Shown: positions 1 through 12,779, numbered from the stretch's first letter. The stretch: DNA of 64,000 bases from Mustelus asterias (GCF_964213995.1 NC_135810.1:101928001-101992000); one strand, 5' to 3'. Notes: a model not told the origin generated them from the letters alone. Translations and numbers: made by a program.

Positions 1-890
1 TATGACTGTGTGGCCAAATTCCCCTCCAATTCGATTTTCAAGTTTGTTGATGACACTACCATAGTGGGTCGGATCTCAATGACGAGACAGAGTACAGGAA
101 TGAGATAGAGAATCTGGTGAACTGGTGCGGCAACAATAATCACTCCCTCAATGTCAACAAAACGAAGGAGATTGCCATCGACTTCAGGAAGCGTAAAGGA
201 CTGCATAAAACCTGCCTACATCAAAGGGGACAAAGTAGAAAGGGTCGAGAGCTTCAAGTTTTTAGGTGTCCAGATCGCCAACAACCTGTCCTGGTCCCCC
301 CATGCCGACACTATAGTTAAGAAAGCCCATCAATGCCTCTACTTTCTCAGAAGACAAAAGAAATTTGGCATGTCAGCTACGACTCTCACCAACGTTTACA
401 AATGCACCATAGAAAGCTTTCTTTCTGGTTGTATCACAGCTTGGTATGGCTCCTGCTCTGCCCAAGACCGCAAGGAACTACAAAAGGTTGTGAATGTAGC
501 CCAATCCATCACGCAAACCAGCCTCCCATCCATTGACTCTATCTACACGTCCCTCTGCCTCAGCAAAGCAGCCAGCATAATTAAGGACCCCACATACCCC
601 GGATGCACACTCTTGCACCTTCTTCCGTCGAGAAAAAGATACAAAAGTCTGAGATCATGTACCAACCGACTGAAGAACAGTTTCTTCCCTGCTACTGTCA
701 GACTTTTGAATGGACTTACCTTGCATTAAGTTGATCTTTCTCTACACCCTAGCTATGACTGTAACACTACATTCTGCACTCTCTCGTTTCCCTCTCTATG
801 AACGGTATATTTTGTCTGTATAGCGTGCAACAAACAATACTTTTCACTGTATGTCAATACATGTGACAATAATAAATCAAATCAAATCAA
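1..890 (+). mobile_element. Rex1/Babar-type LINE, 3' part (decayed RT C-terminus + 3' UTR)
   Basis: Frame 1 reads YDCVAKFPSNSIFKFVDDTTIVG (FADD-like RT motif). Frameshifted continuation reads KTKEIAIDFRK and VESFKFLGV..LSW..KKAHQCLYFLR..CITAWYG..RLKNSFFP. Ends in an (aatca)n tail. Confidence 0.9.
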
Positions 891-942
891 TTTTCAGGTT
901 ACAGGCTAGTGCCATTTGAATATCACAGAACATCACAGAAAA

Positions 943-1504
943 TGTTAGGGATCTGCCAGGATCCGGAAAAGAGAGAGGGCCCAGTGGCCAAAAAGATCTC
1001 TACAGTTCACCAGGCAGGAAAATTCGCTTTTGGATTGAAAGGTCCAAATTTGTGTTGAGTTAAAGAAGGCTGGAAGAGCTGCCTAGCTGGGAGACTATCT
1101 GGGAAAAGAAAATCTCACTGGGAAAGGCAGTTCTAACATTGCAAGTTACCAGGCTGAGAAACAAAAATAATAGGACTAAGCCCTCATGAAGTAAAAATCA
1201 CTTTGGATTGATGCTGGGAAAACTGTATGCTCACAGAAAGAACAATGTAAAGTTTTCCTGGAAAGTGTGTTCTCTTTTTGGTTTGGCTAAGAAAGCGAAG
1301 CAGGGGTGTGGGGGTGGGGAGGGGGAGGGGGGTAATATTCCACTCTGTGGTACAAGTGGCCTACAAAGATAGCATTTCATTCGGAGTATTTTTAGTCATT
1401 TGTTACAGTAAATGCCTTAAAGCATGAAATCTTGGGTGTGTTATTATTAACCTGAAACTCAAATTTCTTTCTGAAAGTTATTGGTCCCTAAGGAGATCAT
1501 AACA
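943..1504. mobile_element. Candidate solo LTR
   Basis: Begins tgttagggatc and ends gatcataaca (TG...CA with short inverted termini), about 560 bp. No clean TSD seen. Confidence 0.4.
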
Positions 1505-2570
1505 AATGATTTTATGCAAAATGTTGAATGTGCCGACTTAAACACGCTTATAAAATTCTATCGTAGATCACCCACCCTGAAGTCTACGAAAACTGAAGTG
1601 TCAAAGTCATAGGCTTAAAAATCAACTAATTGTTTTGCAACTGAAGCCAACTCTATCCAATATTGCCTGCTGCTGGGTTACATAAGCGCACAGTGGCCTC
1701 TCACAGTGACAATCCATTCGGTGCTGTTTCAGGGGCTTGTCCTAAATACTCTGCATGCCACGCTGTCCTGAAAGAAAAGAAAGACCATGGTCCAAACCTC
1801 AAACCAATGGAATGCACAAGCCCTTTTTCCAGCAGCCGACTTTTCCACTTGCGCAGTTGCCAGGCCACAATTTTCCCCTCATTCATTTTAATGAACAAGA
1901 AGATCACAGGCGGACAAACACACCAGCCGAAAACCCTGGCCAAACGGCTGTGCTTTGTGCAGAGCTGCGCTTAACCTGCCGTTGTTAAGTGTACATGGTT
2001 TGTCGATTTGTGTACTTTTAGCTCAGAGTCAAGAGTCGCACGGAACACTCCCAGGGCCGGTACAATGGGCCTGCAAACAGCTTTGACAGTCCAGCATTAT
2101 ATAATGAAATCTACTGGTGCTTGGGAGGAGAAAAAGCATTCTTCTGGTAACCTTTGATCACCAGCAAAACAGTAAGTTGTTGTTAACAGTGTGGTTAATG
2201 TAACAACCCACACTGCCACCAACTTGTGCCCAGTTTCTGTTCCCAAAGCACAAGACAAGAAAGAAACCTCATTGCAGAAGTTAGAAATTTGGATCTTTCG
2301 AGTTAATAATTGATTGTTGCACACACTGTCGAAATCCTGGTGCGACTTAAATGGTTGAAAGGAAACTAGGTCAAAGACTTTTTCCACTGTAATTACTACA
2401 TAACAACAGGGTGCAGTCCATTCAGCATTGGACCAATAATTCCACATATGCAATGTTTGTAAAAAAATTGGGTCATTGTAGGTGTTGCACATTCTACTAT
2501 TCTCCACTGTACTGAAACAGACAGAATTGTGTACAAGTTACAAGCACTATTCACATTTACACTAATGTTA

Positions 2571-2736
2571 ATCATAGAATCCCTACAGTACTGAAGGAGG
2601 CCATTCGGCCCATTGAGCCTGCATCTACAATAACCCTACCCAGGCCCTATCCCCGTAACCCCATGTATTTACCCTGCTAATCCCCCTGACACTAAGGGGC
2701 AATTTAACATGGCCAATCAACCTAACCTGCACATCT
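2571..2736 (-). mobile_element. HE1-type V-SINE, 3' fragment (tail type A)
   Basis: Reverse complement of the gatgggccgaatggcctccttc...gggattctatgat tail. Confidence 0.85.
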
Positions 2737-2834
2737 AATGTCACAAAAAACTTCCATTACACTGCATTAAACCAACTCCTTTGGTGATGTGTACAAATAA
2801 GACAAATTTAAAATTAGCCTCTTCTGGTATCTAA

Positions 2835-3050
2835 GGGCGGAATTCTCCCATTTTTTTTCCTAAGCTCGGTGACGGATGGTTCCTGCGCCACTGTTCCCGC
2901 TGGCCAGAATGGCATGAGCTCACACCCAATTCCACATTTGCAGCCTCATTAGTTATGCACAAGTGAGCATCTCTCCAAATCACCTGGCAGATCAGGAGCG
3001 GAGTCATCTGGCTTCTGTAACCTAGCAGGTTCAAAGGTCCTGGCCCCGTA
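2835..3050. mobile_element. PIF/Harbinger-like non-autonomous DNA element fragment
   Basis: Starts gggcggaattctccc, the TIR type shared with other MITEs in the window. Confidence 0.45.
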
Positions 3051-3179
3051 TGTAAATACCAGTCGCATCCCCTCATATCATTCTCTCCAGCCCACCTGTC
3101 CTCTAGAGACCATTCAGGATGTCCAGAACCCAGAGGCAATAAGACTAGCAACTTCAAGAAGAAGTCTGTATCTGTATTC

Positions 3180-4010
3180 AGCAACCATGCCCTCGAGGCC
3201 TTGATTTGAGGAATCCGGCCACAGAGCTATTACCTCTACTCAAGGGATTGCTCCAGAAAGCACACCAAACTCATCTTTCCATCCTGGGAGCATGTGGAGC
3301 TGTGAACAGTTTTGTACCTTTCCTTGGTATGGGTCCGAGGAGTGCCCACAGAGTGCCCACACTGGAGCGATCAGCGACTGTTCAATTGAGGGTGGCTTTT
3401 TTTAACCTCATGGTGAGCTGGGGTTGCACTGAGGTGGTGCTGGGTAGCGTGTTACGCGATACTGTGGAGGGCACTTGTGTTAAAGGCTGCATCCTGGTTA
3501 AGGACGTCCTTGAAGTGTTCTCTCCAACAGGTGTTGACTTCCTCGCTGTCTTTGATGAGCACCACTCGGTTTTTGGCTCTCAGTGGGGTGGGTCCCTGAG
3601 GCTGAAGAAGCCGTGCATGTCATCGTGGTTGTCGGTGCATTGCTGAGAATCCCAGATTTTCCGATTGTTCTCGTTGAACCGGTCTTGGTGTTTCCTGGTG
3701 TCTTCTCTCAAGTGCTCACTGTGGTGCCTTTTAAGGTGGACCAGGCAGTGTGGGCACTCTGTGGCTCTGCTCGTTGGTCATCGCCAGGTTAGCTGTGAGG
3801 CGCCGATTGAGTAGGTCTTTCTTCTCAGGGTCTTTCAGTCAAGTGACATTGACTCTCCTGTGGTAGTTTTTTTCTGCCTCGGCTGGTTTGAGGCCAGGGT
3901 GATGGAGATGGTAGAACGGATTAGTTGGTGGTCAGTCCAGCAGTTGTCGGCTCCGGTGATGCAGACATCTTTGCGGTCCCTTGCTCGGACGATGATATAG
4001 TTGATGATAG
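3180..4010 (-). mobile_element. RTE-clade LINE fragment (APE endonuclease C-terminus and linker), decayed
   Basis: Minus strand reads INYIIVRARDRKDVCITGADNCWTDHQLIRS (RTE endonuclease end) and CWREHFKDVLNQD...HEVKK. Confidence 0.8.
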
Positions 4011-4875
4011 CAACCCACCCTGGTTGAATTTCAGTCCGTTGGAGTGGAGGGTTCATGAGTCCTGCATCACAGTGCTATCCATAAAGACCAGCTCAGCATG
4101 GATGATACGAACCACTCTGCCCCAGCAGAGTGGTGTTCAGCGCAACAGGAGTGATACAGCGCTACGGCAGGTAGGCTATTATATTACACTCACCAAAAAG
4201 TCTCAACAAAATGAGGTCATCTTGTGCGCGTCACTCTTTTTCACACGGGTGGGACGCCAATATGATTTCCCACTGGCAAGTTTGGAAGGCTTGAAGAGAT
4301 TCTGGCCATGTTTTAATGAGCATTCATTAATACAAATTGAGCAAATTAATGCAAATGGCCTTCATGCCACTGGGCAGTGGGGGAAACTGACCCGCCATTG
4401 GGAAAAGGGCAAAATGTTTTGACACTGGCGGATTTCCGACTTGTTGTCTCCCACTGGATTCTCCGCTCCTGTCCGCCATCAAACCCATGGGGTCCTAAAT
4501 TTCTCGTGCTAAGCATATTACACTTTGAAGATGGAGATAGAGAGAGCAAGACAAAGAAAAGTAGAACTCCCAAGGCATCCTATTAAGGATAGGGCAGAAA
4601 AGGAAAGGGCACACACTTGAGATGAGACAGAGAAAGACTTGTGCAAGCCTTAAAAAGGGTTTTTCTTTCCCCTGTTTGAATTAGTGCCCAACTTCCATCA
4701 GAAATCCTAGAACTGGTTCCTTCAGCCAAAACATTATTAATTAATTCGAGTTCTTGAACTGCTCCACAAAAACCTAATGTTCAAAGTTCATTTGGCTGAA
4801 CATTTTTTTCCTTATTTTTTCAGTGCATTGCATTTCTAACTAAATCCCCAATTCTAATTATTTTTGAAGCTCTGT

Positions 4876-5307
4876 TAGAACATAGAACAGTACAGCACAG
4901 AACAGGCCCTTCGGCCCACGATGTTGTGCCGAGCTTTATCTGAAACCAAGATCAAGCTATCCCACTCCCTATCATCCTGGTGTGCTCCATGTGCCTATCC
5001 AATAACCGCTTAAATGTTCCTAAAGTGTCTGACTCCATCATCACTGCAGGCAGTCCATTCCACACCCCAACCACTCTCTGCATAAAGAACCTACCTCTGA
5101 TATCCTTCCTATATCTCCCACCATGAACCCTATAGTTATGCCCCTTTGTAATAGCTCCATCCAACCGAGGAAATAGTCTTTGAACGTTCACTCTATCTAT
5201 CCCCTTCATCATTTTATAAACCTCTATTAAGTCTCCCCTCAGCCTCCTCCGCTCCAGAGAGAACAGCCCTAGCTCCCTCAACCTTTCCTCATAAGACCTA
5301 CCCTCCA
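4876..5307 (-). mobile_element. CR1 (HER1-like) LINE, 5'-truncated 3' end
   Basis: ORF 4952-5308 YEERLRELGLFSLERRRLRGDLIEVYKMM...FFMQRVVGVWNGLP is the typical CR1 ORF2 C-terminus; tgttcta-type tail. Confidence 0.92.
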
Positions 5308-5514
5308 ATATAACATTTTATTCAATAAATATAATACAGGATTTATTTACGGAAAAAAGCATATGAAAGCTTTTGGTATTTAGGTGTATTTCAATTTCCA
5401 CCCCTCCATCACCTTCACAGGGCCTATCTCTGACATTTCCCTTCACTTCCTTGGCCTCTCTGTCTTCATTTATGGTGTGGAGATGCCAGTGTTGCACTGG
5501 GGTAAACACAGTAA
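5308..5514 (+). repeat. 207-bp direct duplicate of 50465-50671
   Basis: Manual alignment gives 8 substitutions over 207 bp and no indels. Confidence 0.95.
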
Positions 5515-5778
5515 TTGTAGGTAGGTTCTTCTCGAATATTGCAATATTCAATATACAGTTTAAATGCTTCACAAAACTAGGCCAATGCCTGGATTGACAT
5601 AAACATCCAATGGATACACTATTGCCTTGCAATCTTCAATCCCTACCTGGTCCAGCTCAATGTGGCTGTGATCCAACATTGCATGTTGGATTCTTAATTC
5701 CCACGGGGCAACTAGAAATGTACAATAAACACTGCCTCGCCAGTGTCACCCACATACTAAGAACCAATTTTTAAGAAA

Positions 5779-6056
5779 GGCGGCACTGTGGCACAGTGTT
5801 TAGCACTGCTGCCTCACAGCGCCAGGGACCCAGGTTCAATTCCAGCCTTGGGTGACTGCCTGTGTGAAGTTAGCATGTTCTCCTGTGTCTGCGTGGGTTT
5901 CCTCCGGTTGCTCCGATTTCCTCCCACAGTCCAAAGATGTGCGGGCTAGGGGGATTAGTGGGGCAAATACATGAAGTTGCGAAGATAAGGACTGTCGGGA
6001 GTCGGTACAGATTTGATGGGCCGAATGGCCTCCTTCTGCACTATAGGGATTCTATG
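5779..6056 (+). mobile_element. HE1-type V-SINE (tail A), internally deleted
   Basis: tRNA-like head (gtggcacagtg..agcactgctgcctcacagcgccagggacc..ggttcaattcc), V-domain gcgtgggtttcctccgg, HER1-like tail. Confidence 0.9.
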
Positions 6057-6342
6057 AAAATGCTGCAGAAATGAGCATAGAACGTTTATCACCAACACCT
6101 AGATCTGTTTGTACAAGAGCTCAGTTATTAATCCATTTTTTCAAACATAACATTTTTACAGAGTTGAATGGTCCATCTGCTCCTGTCTACAATTTGAGCG
6201 GGCCAGTAAGATTGCATGGAAAAAACAATGGGGGTGGAGGAAACACTCAAGGTAAGTTGATCAATCCAGCACTAAAAAAAACCTCAAGGTTTTAACTGTT
6301 TCCACCAAGCAGAAATCAGGCAAATTGGGAGGACGTTTTGTG

Positions 6343-6652
6343 GGTGGCACAGTGGTTAACACTGCTGTCTCACAGCGCCAGGGACCCAGGTTCAATTCGG
6401 GCCTAGGGTGACCGTGTGGAGTTTGCACATTCTCCCTGTGTGTGCGTGGGTTTCCTCCAGGCGCTCCAGTTTCCTCCCACAGTCCAAAGATGTGTGGGTT
6501 AGGTTGATTGGTCATGGTAAATTGCCCCTGGTGTCAGGGGGATTAGTAGTGCAAATACATGGCTTTACGGGAATAGGACCTGGGTGAGATTGTGGTCGGT
6601 ACAGACGCGATGGGCCAAATGGGCCGAATCCCTGTAGGGATTCAATGATTCT
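6343..6652 (+). mobile_element. HE1-type V-SINE (tail A)
   Basis: Head with A/B-box-like motifs, V-domain and tail. Confidence 0.92.
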
Positions 6653-7119
6653 GAAGTCAAAATAGTACACTCTAAGGCCTTTATTACACTGCTGTGGCCT
6701 GAGCCATTGAGAAGCCAGCCTGACTTTGTAAGTATATGCAAGTCAGAATCCTGTTATGTAGAAAGGGCTTGGAAGTCATTTTTGCAGCCTACTTAATGGT
6801 GCATCTCCTGCGGACACTGCCCATTTGAAGAAGTTGAGCAGGAGCAGAAGCTTTGAAAGTCGGTACAAAACTTAGATTTGCGGGATCAGGAGGAGCAGTT
6901 GTTTTCTGACGAGGGGTGTTCACTGGATTCTTTGTTACCATTTTCAACAACTATTTTGGACTGCAGTAAAATCTGTAACAAGCTTCAAGGCTACTATGGC
7001 TGTAAACATGTCTTAGGAGCGCCATCAAAATATGATATTTTATTGACTAACAATCCAAAGAAATCTTTAAGTGCTGAACGCTTAATGAATTAGGCTGATT
7101 ACCTGATGTACTAAAATAT

Positions 7120-7975
7120 GAGATTGGTCTCAGTACTACATTGAAAGGGGATAATCCCCTTCATGTGCCAGGTACAGTAAAGCTCATCTTGAACCTTGGT
7201 TAGGCCAGATTGAGTGTTGCACGCAATTCTGGTTGCCACAATATAAGGATACGGAGGCACTGGAGAGTGTGTGGAGAAAATTGATCAGGATGATACCAGG
7301 AATGCATGGCTATACATATCAGCAAAGAAATGATAAGATGGGTCTCTTCTCCCTCGAAAAAAGGTTGAGGGTCGCCTCATAGAGGTACTAAAAACTATGA
7401 AAGTGCTTTGATAGGGTGGATGGAGAGAGAATGTTTCCTCTTGTGGGGAAGGACGCCAACTGGAGGCCATTAATATCAGATAGTCACCAAGAAATCCAAT
7501 AGGAAATTCAGAATAAAACATTCCCATCGAAAGAGTGGTAAGAATGTGGAATTTGCCACTATTCATTTCAATCAATCCCTGTGGCAGAAATATGTTTGAG
7601 GGGAATAAGATAAAAAGGACTAGACAGGGTAGGTGCAGGAAGGATGTTGCCGATAGTGGGGGTGTCCAGAACCAGGGGTCACAGTCTGAGGATACAGGGT
7701 AGACCATTTAGGATGGAGATTAGGAGACATTTCTTCACCCAAAGAGTGGTGAGCCTGTGGAATTCATTACCACAGGAAGTAGCTGATGCCAAAGCATTGA
7801 ATGTATTCAAGAGGTGGCTAGACACAGCACTTGGGGCAAACGAGATCAAAGGTTGTGGGGGAAAAAGCAGGATGAGGCTATTGAGTTGGACGATCAGCCA
7901 TGATCGTGATGAATGGCGGAGCAGGCTCGAAGGGCCGAATGGCCTCCTCCTGCTCCTATCTTCCATGTTTCCATA
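7120..7975 (+). mobile_element. Two adjacent CR1 LINE 3' fragments (about 7120-7600 and 7612-7975)
   Basis: SRTRGHSLRIQGRPFRMEIRRHFFTQRVVSLWNSLP; 3' tail gggccgaatggcctcctcctgctcct. Confidence 0.85.
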
Positions 7976-8687
7976 TGATGGAGAAGGAAATAGAACGGTT
8001 AAGCTGTGGATTTGGATGAGGAAAGATGGAAGAAGGTTTGAGTGGATAATGGACTGGTCGGGCAATATGGCTGGTGTCTGGGTCGAGTATCCTCTGCAGT
8101 CCTATATAATTGCATGCACTCACTGATAGCAAAGTTTTGACAGATACACTGAGCTGGTGGAAATTTCCGCTGGAGGCTTTTATAGTTGTGAAGGGCAGCG
8201 CTGTGAGGTGTAAATAGGGAAAGACTGAAGTCTGGATTTTCAGGGGGCTAATCCACACTGGCAGGAAGGCAACATGTCACGATCCAGTTTCAGCAACACG
8301 CATGCAGAGACAGCACACGCTGACCCACATGGTGACGCAGTTCACTGGCTCCCAGAAAGTGCAATATCTTTTGGCCTCCGGAGGTTAAGCGGATAACCAG
8401 GGATACAGTAGGGCGGAAATCCAGAGCAATAGCAGGCAATCTTATGAAACACTGAGGAGAACACTTTCTCCTTCTAGTCCCTCAAAAATAATTGCAACAT
8501 TTCCATTTTCAAACTTCTTTAGCACCATGATGTTTTATTGCACTGAGTACCGATGGTGCATGCTTTACCGAGTACACTGTTATAATGGGCTCCTATATTC
8601 ACAAGCGTGCAAGCCTCCTCACCTAATTCGGGTACATGCTCTGTAAATACTAGAGACTTCTATGGTTCTACATAACCCAATTGCCAT

Positions 8688-8894
8688 GATGTGGAGATGC
8701 CGGCGTTGGACTGGGGTGGGCACGGTAAGCAGTCTCACAACACCAGGTTCAAGTCCAACAGGGTTATTTGGAATCATGAGCTTTTGGATCTTTCGAGCTC
8801 CTTCCTCGGGTGAGAGAGGGAGCAGCGCTCTGCAAGCTCGTGATTCCAAATAAACCTGCTGGGACTTTAACCTGGTGTTGTGAGACTTCTTACC
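8688..8894. mobile_element. Penelope-like element (family A) terminal repeat in fold-back arrangement
   Basis: gatgtggagatgccggcgttggactgggg terminus; inverted arms tctcacaacaccagg.../...cctggtgttgtgaga; degenerate flanking duplication cataac..aattg. Confidence 0.75.
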
Positions 8895-10503
8895 ATAACT
8901 GAATTGAACATATGAGTGATATAGTTAAATACACTTTAATAAAAGTTATAAATCAAAAAGCGCTGCTAGAAATGGTAACACAGACATAGAAAATAGGAGA
9001 AAGAAGAGGCCATTCGGCCCCTCGAGCCTGCTGCGCCATTCATTATGGTCATCCAACTCAATAACAACATTCTGAGGAGCGAATATACATGTAACTTCCC
9101 AATACTCTGCAAGTTTATATCACGAACAAGTGTATGTGCATTTTATTTTCAGCCCCTCACTTTGAGCAAAAAAAAATAAAGACGTAAGTAGCTAGCAGAA
9201 AAACGAAGAAACAGCAATACAAACTTTTTGTACGTGACATACTTTGTTAACATGTTACTATGTTGACTGACAGTATGAAATGTCATCATTTCTCTTCACG
9301 CCATTAAAGGTGTTAGTTTTTGTCAAACTGTTCAAATTACAGGGCAAAATACCGATTTATTTCATTACAAAACGGTTCATCTTCAAAACCTTTGTTTTGG
9401 GGGAGGGGTTGGTGGGTGGGGGGGGGGGAGAAATGATGTACTAGCAAGGCACTCTGTTATCATCACTCAAGTTTCGTTAGTTTTCAATCTGTCAAACAGA
9501 AAGTGTTGATAACAATTTACAATGCTATACTTAGCGCTGTAAGAATCTTTCCACCTAACTGTACAACTTAGCTCAAAGATTCAGCTTGCCTTCTCAGGCT
9601 TTATGATATTTGATCTCTTTCTTCAAAAGGGAACCAGATTACAGATCATTGCTGAGATGCTCCTTGATTATCTATCTGAAGTGGAAAAAATGCTCTGATT
9701 GGATCAGTAAGACGTGAGGTGGAGAAATTCCACAAAGTAGAGTCATTTCTGAATTCAGCACTTTTCATTCCACGCTATTTCGTTTCAGAAAGAAAATACC
9801 TCCGTTGTATATACTTTTTATACACTGGGTGACTTTTCCAGGCTGTGTGCAGTGCAGTGCAGTGGTGGACCACTTCTCAAGCTCGAGGAAGAAGCTGCAC
9901 TGACAAAAAGAAACATTAAGCTTTGCAATTAGATGCATCGAATTTTGCAGAGTCAAAAGCGGAGGACAGTAAGTTCTTGCTATCAACACCTTGTTTAACA
10001 GCCCGAAAGGCAACTAGACTGAAGTGATAACACAGTAGCGCAGTATGTCATTCTTTCCCCTCACAAAATATTAAAGATGAATCATTTTGCAACTAAACAT
10101 CAGTTGTTATTTGTACTGCAATTTCGAGGAGTTTTGCAAGAACTCACACCTTCAGTAGTGCAATGAGAAACTAATGAAAATAGTAGCACTTTAAGAACAA
10201 GGTTATTACGTACGTCATCTTAAAAAAAAGGGTGGCACTGCAACTGTTTGAATTCACTGATAATTTTACACAGTTGTACTATTTTTAAAGAACTGCTGTA
10301 TTTTAACTTATGTTAACTTCCAATATATTGCGCAAGAAACGTTAAAACAAAATTCCAGCAATGTGGTTCTGTTGGTTCCATGAGTACAAAACTAAAGGAC
10401 CCGGAATATCTGCTTTGGGCACAATCAGCAATGGTGGACACAAGCTGCACTAGTTTTGGGATGTTTTTTGCTCAAACTAATTTGCATATGGTCAAACACT
10501 GTC

Positions 10504-11140
10504 GGGGCGATCTTACCAAAAAAAATCTAAGTCCCAAACAAGTGTGAAAACGGGAGAGTTTTGGATTTGTTTTTTTAGGTGAGGCCATAAGTCCAATCTT
10601 ACGTCACTCCAATCTGTTTCCCGCCAGTAGGGGGAGGGGGGGCAGAGATTAAGCTCACTGGAAAGCCGGCAGCTCATAGTAGAGGGCGCAATCGCGCATG
10701 CGCAGATCTCACAGAGCAGAGAGATGTCAGTCACCACCACCCCTTGGATATCTCTTGCGATCCCAAGTGTTCGTTTTTAAAAAATATTACGTTCTTATTT
10801 GCGCTGGTTCAAGGAAGACTTTCCGGTCAATGGGCGGAACGAGCTGGTAAGATTGCGAGAGAGGTGTAAAATCGGGTTCACGCCCGATTTCTCGCCTCTG
10901 TCCCCCCTACCCCTGACCTGCCGGGGGGTTGCAATGGACACCAGTCCTACCAACGAGGCCATCATGACAGGTTCCCGTTGATGGGGCACCATACATAGTC
11001 CTCACCAGTGAGGACCTTTACCGGCAAGGCTGCTAAGGCAGGTGAGCCCAGACGACCGCATTCCGTTCTCAATAATAATATTTAAATCCACATTTGAATG
11101 GATTTAAATGTTGAGTACAGCCTCGCGCACGTCCTGGGAT
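10504..11140. mobile_element. PIF/Harbinger-like non-autonomous DNA element(s)
   Basis: ggggcgatcttacc terminus and GC/CpG-rich interior related to 17212-18110 and 41795-42558. Confidence 0.55.
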
Positions 11141-11300
11141 CCTGACTCAAAATGTCAGCTCTATTCTCCCTTCACAGATGCTGTCAGACCTGCTGACATT
11201 TTCTGTTTTGTTTCAGTTCTGTAGAAGGGTCATTTAGATTGGAAACGTTAACCCAGTTTCTCTCTCCACAGATGCTGCCAGATCTGCTAAGCTTTACCCA
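11140..11300 (+). mobile_element. Penelope-like (family B) terminal-repeat fragments in tandem
   Basis: Two copies of ...cacagatgctg(t/c)caga(c/t)ctgct; degenerate hammerhead-like gaagggtcatttagattggaaacgtt. Confidence 0.6.
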
Positions 11301-11450
11301 GATATGCTTGAAAACATCCTTCAAAACAAGTTCATGACACTCGTGTTCTTGGGGGAAATCTGGCATCGAAATGAACCAACTTCATCATTTTGTTGCCTTT
11401 CCTTTCGCTTCCTCCTGCTATTCTTTATTCTTGACCCGTGGTAACACGTG

Positions 11451-11720
11451 GGGCGGCATGGTGGCACAGTGGTTAGCACTGCTGCCTCACAGCGCCAGGG
11501 ACCCGGGTTCGATTCCCGGCTTGGGTCACTGTCTGTGTGGAGTCTGAACATTCTCCCCATGAGTTTCCTCCGGGTGCTCCAGTTTCCTCCCACAGTCCAA
11601 AGATGTGCGGGTTAGGTGGATTGGCCATGCCAAATTCTCCCTTAAGTGTACCCGAACAGGCGCTGGAGTGTGGTGACGAGGTGATTTTCACAGTAACTTG
11701 TGACTAATAAATAAACTTTA
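11451..11720 (+). mobile_element. V-SINE with tail type B
   Basis: Same head/V-domain as HE1, then aaattctccc..gtgtacccgaacaggcgctggagtgtg...ttttcacagtaactt...actaataaataaa. Confidence 0.9.
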
Positions 11721-12779
11721 GAATCGTTACTTTATTTTCTTGCTACCCCTCTTGGGATCTGAGTCAGGATTTTACAAGCCGCCACGGTGTGGCTCCCCCT
11801 AGGCAGATGTGGCGGGCCATTTAAATTGCTGTCTACTTTGGTGGGGTTGTAATATCCCACCGGGCAGGAGGGGCTGTAAAATCCTGGCCCTGGTTTCTGC
11901 CCCTCTGTCGTTGCAAAATTCACTTTCAAACGTTGTGTTTTGGGATTGTGTCATTTACTCCCAGACATAAAGGTTACTTTGCTCCATGTTAGCTTTGAAT
12001 TGACAGTTTGCCTGGAGGCAGCTGCATGTCTGGTGTGAGAGCACACGCGCTGCTATCTGTCTGTCAATAACTCACAAGCTTCAGTGACCTCGTGATGTTG
12101 CTGTCCCACCAATGGCTCCTGCTTAATATTACTTTACCTGAGTAAAAGTATTTCCCATGACGTAAATGACTATTCTCACAAAGGAAACCAAGCAGTGTAA
12201 GTTATTAGTGATCAAATAAGGTTATGTTGTGAGAAGGAATGTGGACACCATTAAACGCTATTTGGGGAAAAATGTTCACACAGATTTTAGCAAACCACAA
12301 GAAATTTAATGCAAGATATCTGTCCCTGACCACGTTAAATTTTGAAAGCGGTTTCTTCCGTGTTCAGTAGAATGGAGTGTGGTGCTGAGATGGAGAGCCT
12401 GAAATTCCTCAAGCAATGTGGTTTGACTCCCATCGACCAGTCTGTCCCGGTCGCAACCACATCACAGGATCAAGGGATGAGGTCATGTGGCGTCCATCCA
12501 GCTGGAGTCCCAGGAATTTCAGGAGTAACGCTGTAGACACACTGGGCTCTCGATCCAGCTGCCAAGAGGAAATACAGGGCAGGAAACTGTAAATGCCGAG
12601 GGGGGGGACCCAGAGAGCAATTTGGGATGAGGCAGCCCTGTTCAATTAAGGACAAGGAATGGGCCCCGCAAGACTTGGGGGGGGGGGGGGGGGGGGGGGC
12701 GCTGACAACACGGTGGAGGCAGGTTCAATGGGGGGACGGAGGATGGGGTTGGGGGCTTCAAAGAGGAATTGGATAAGCA

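Noticed and set aside
151-729. 192-aa ORF as a host gene
   Set aside because: It is the frameshifted Rex1 RT C-terminus, and the same peptide recurs at 31600, 38060 and 58230.
2097-2507. 136-aa minus-strand ORF in unique DNA
   Set aside because: Non-ATG start, no recognisable motif and no convincing exon structure.
12676-12699. Long poly-G runs (also about 9400-9430 and 42433-42455)
   Set aside because: Simple homopolymers of unreliable assembled length; no further structure.
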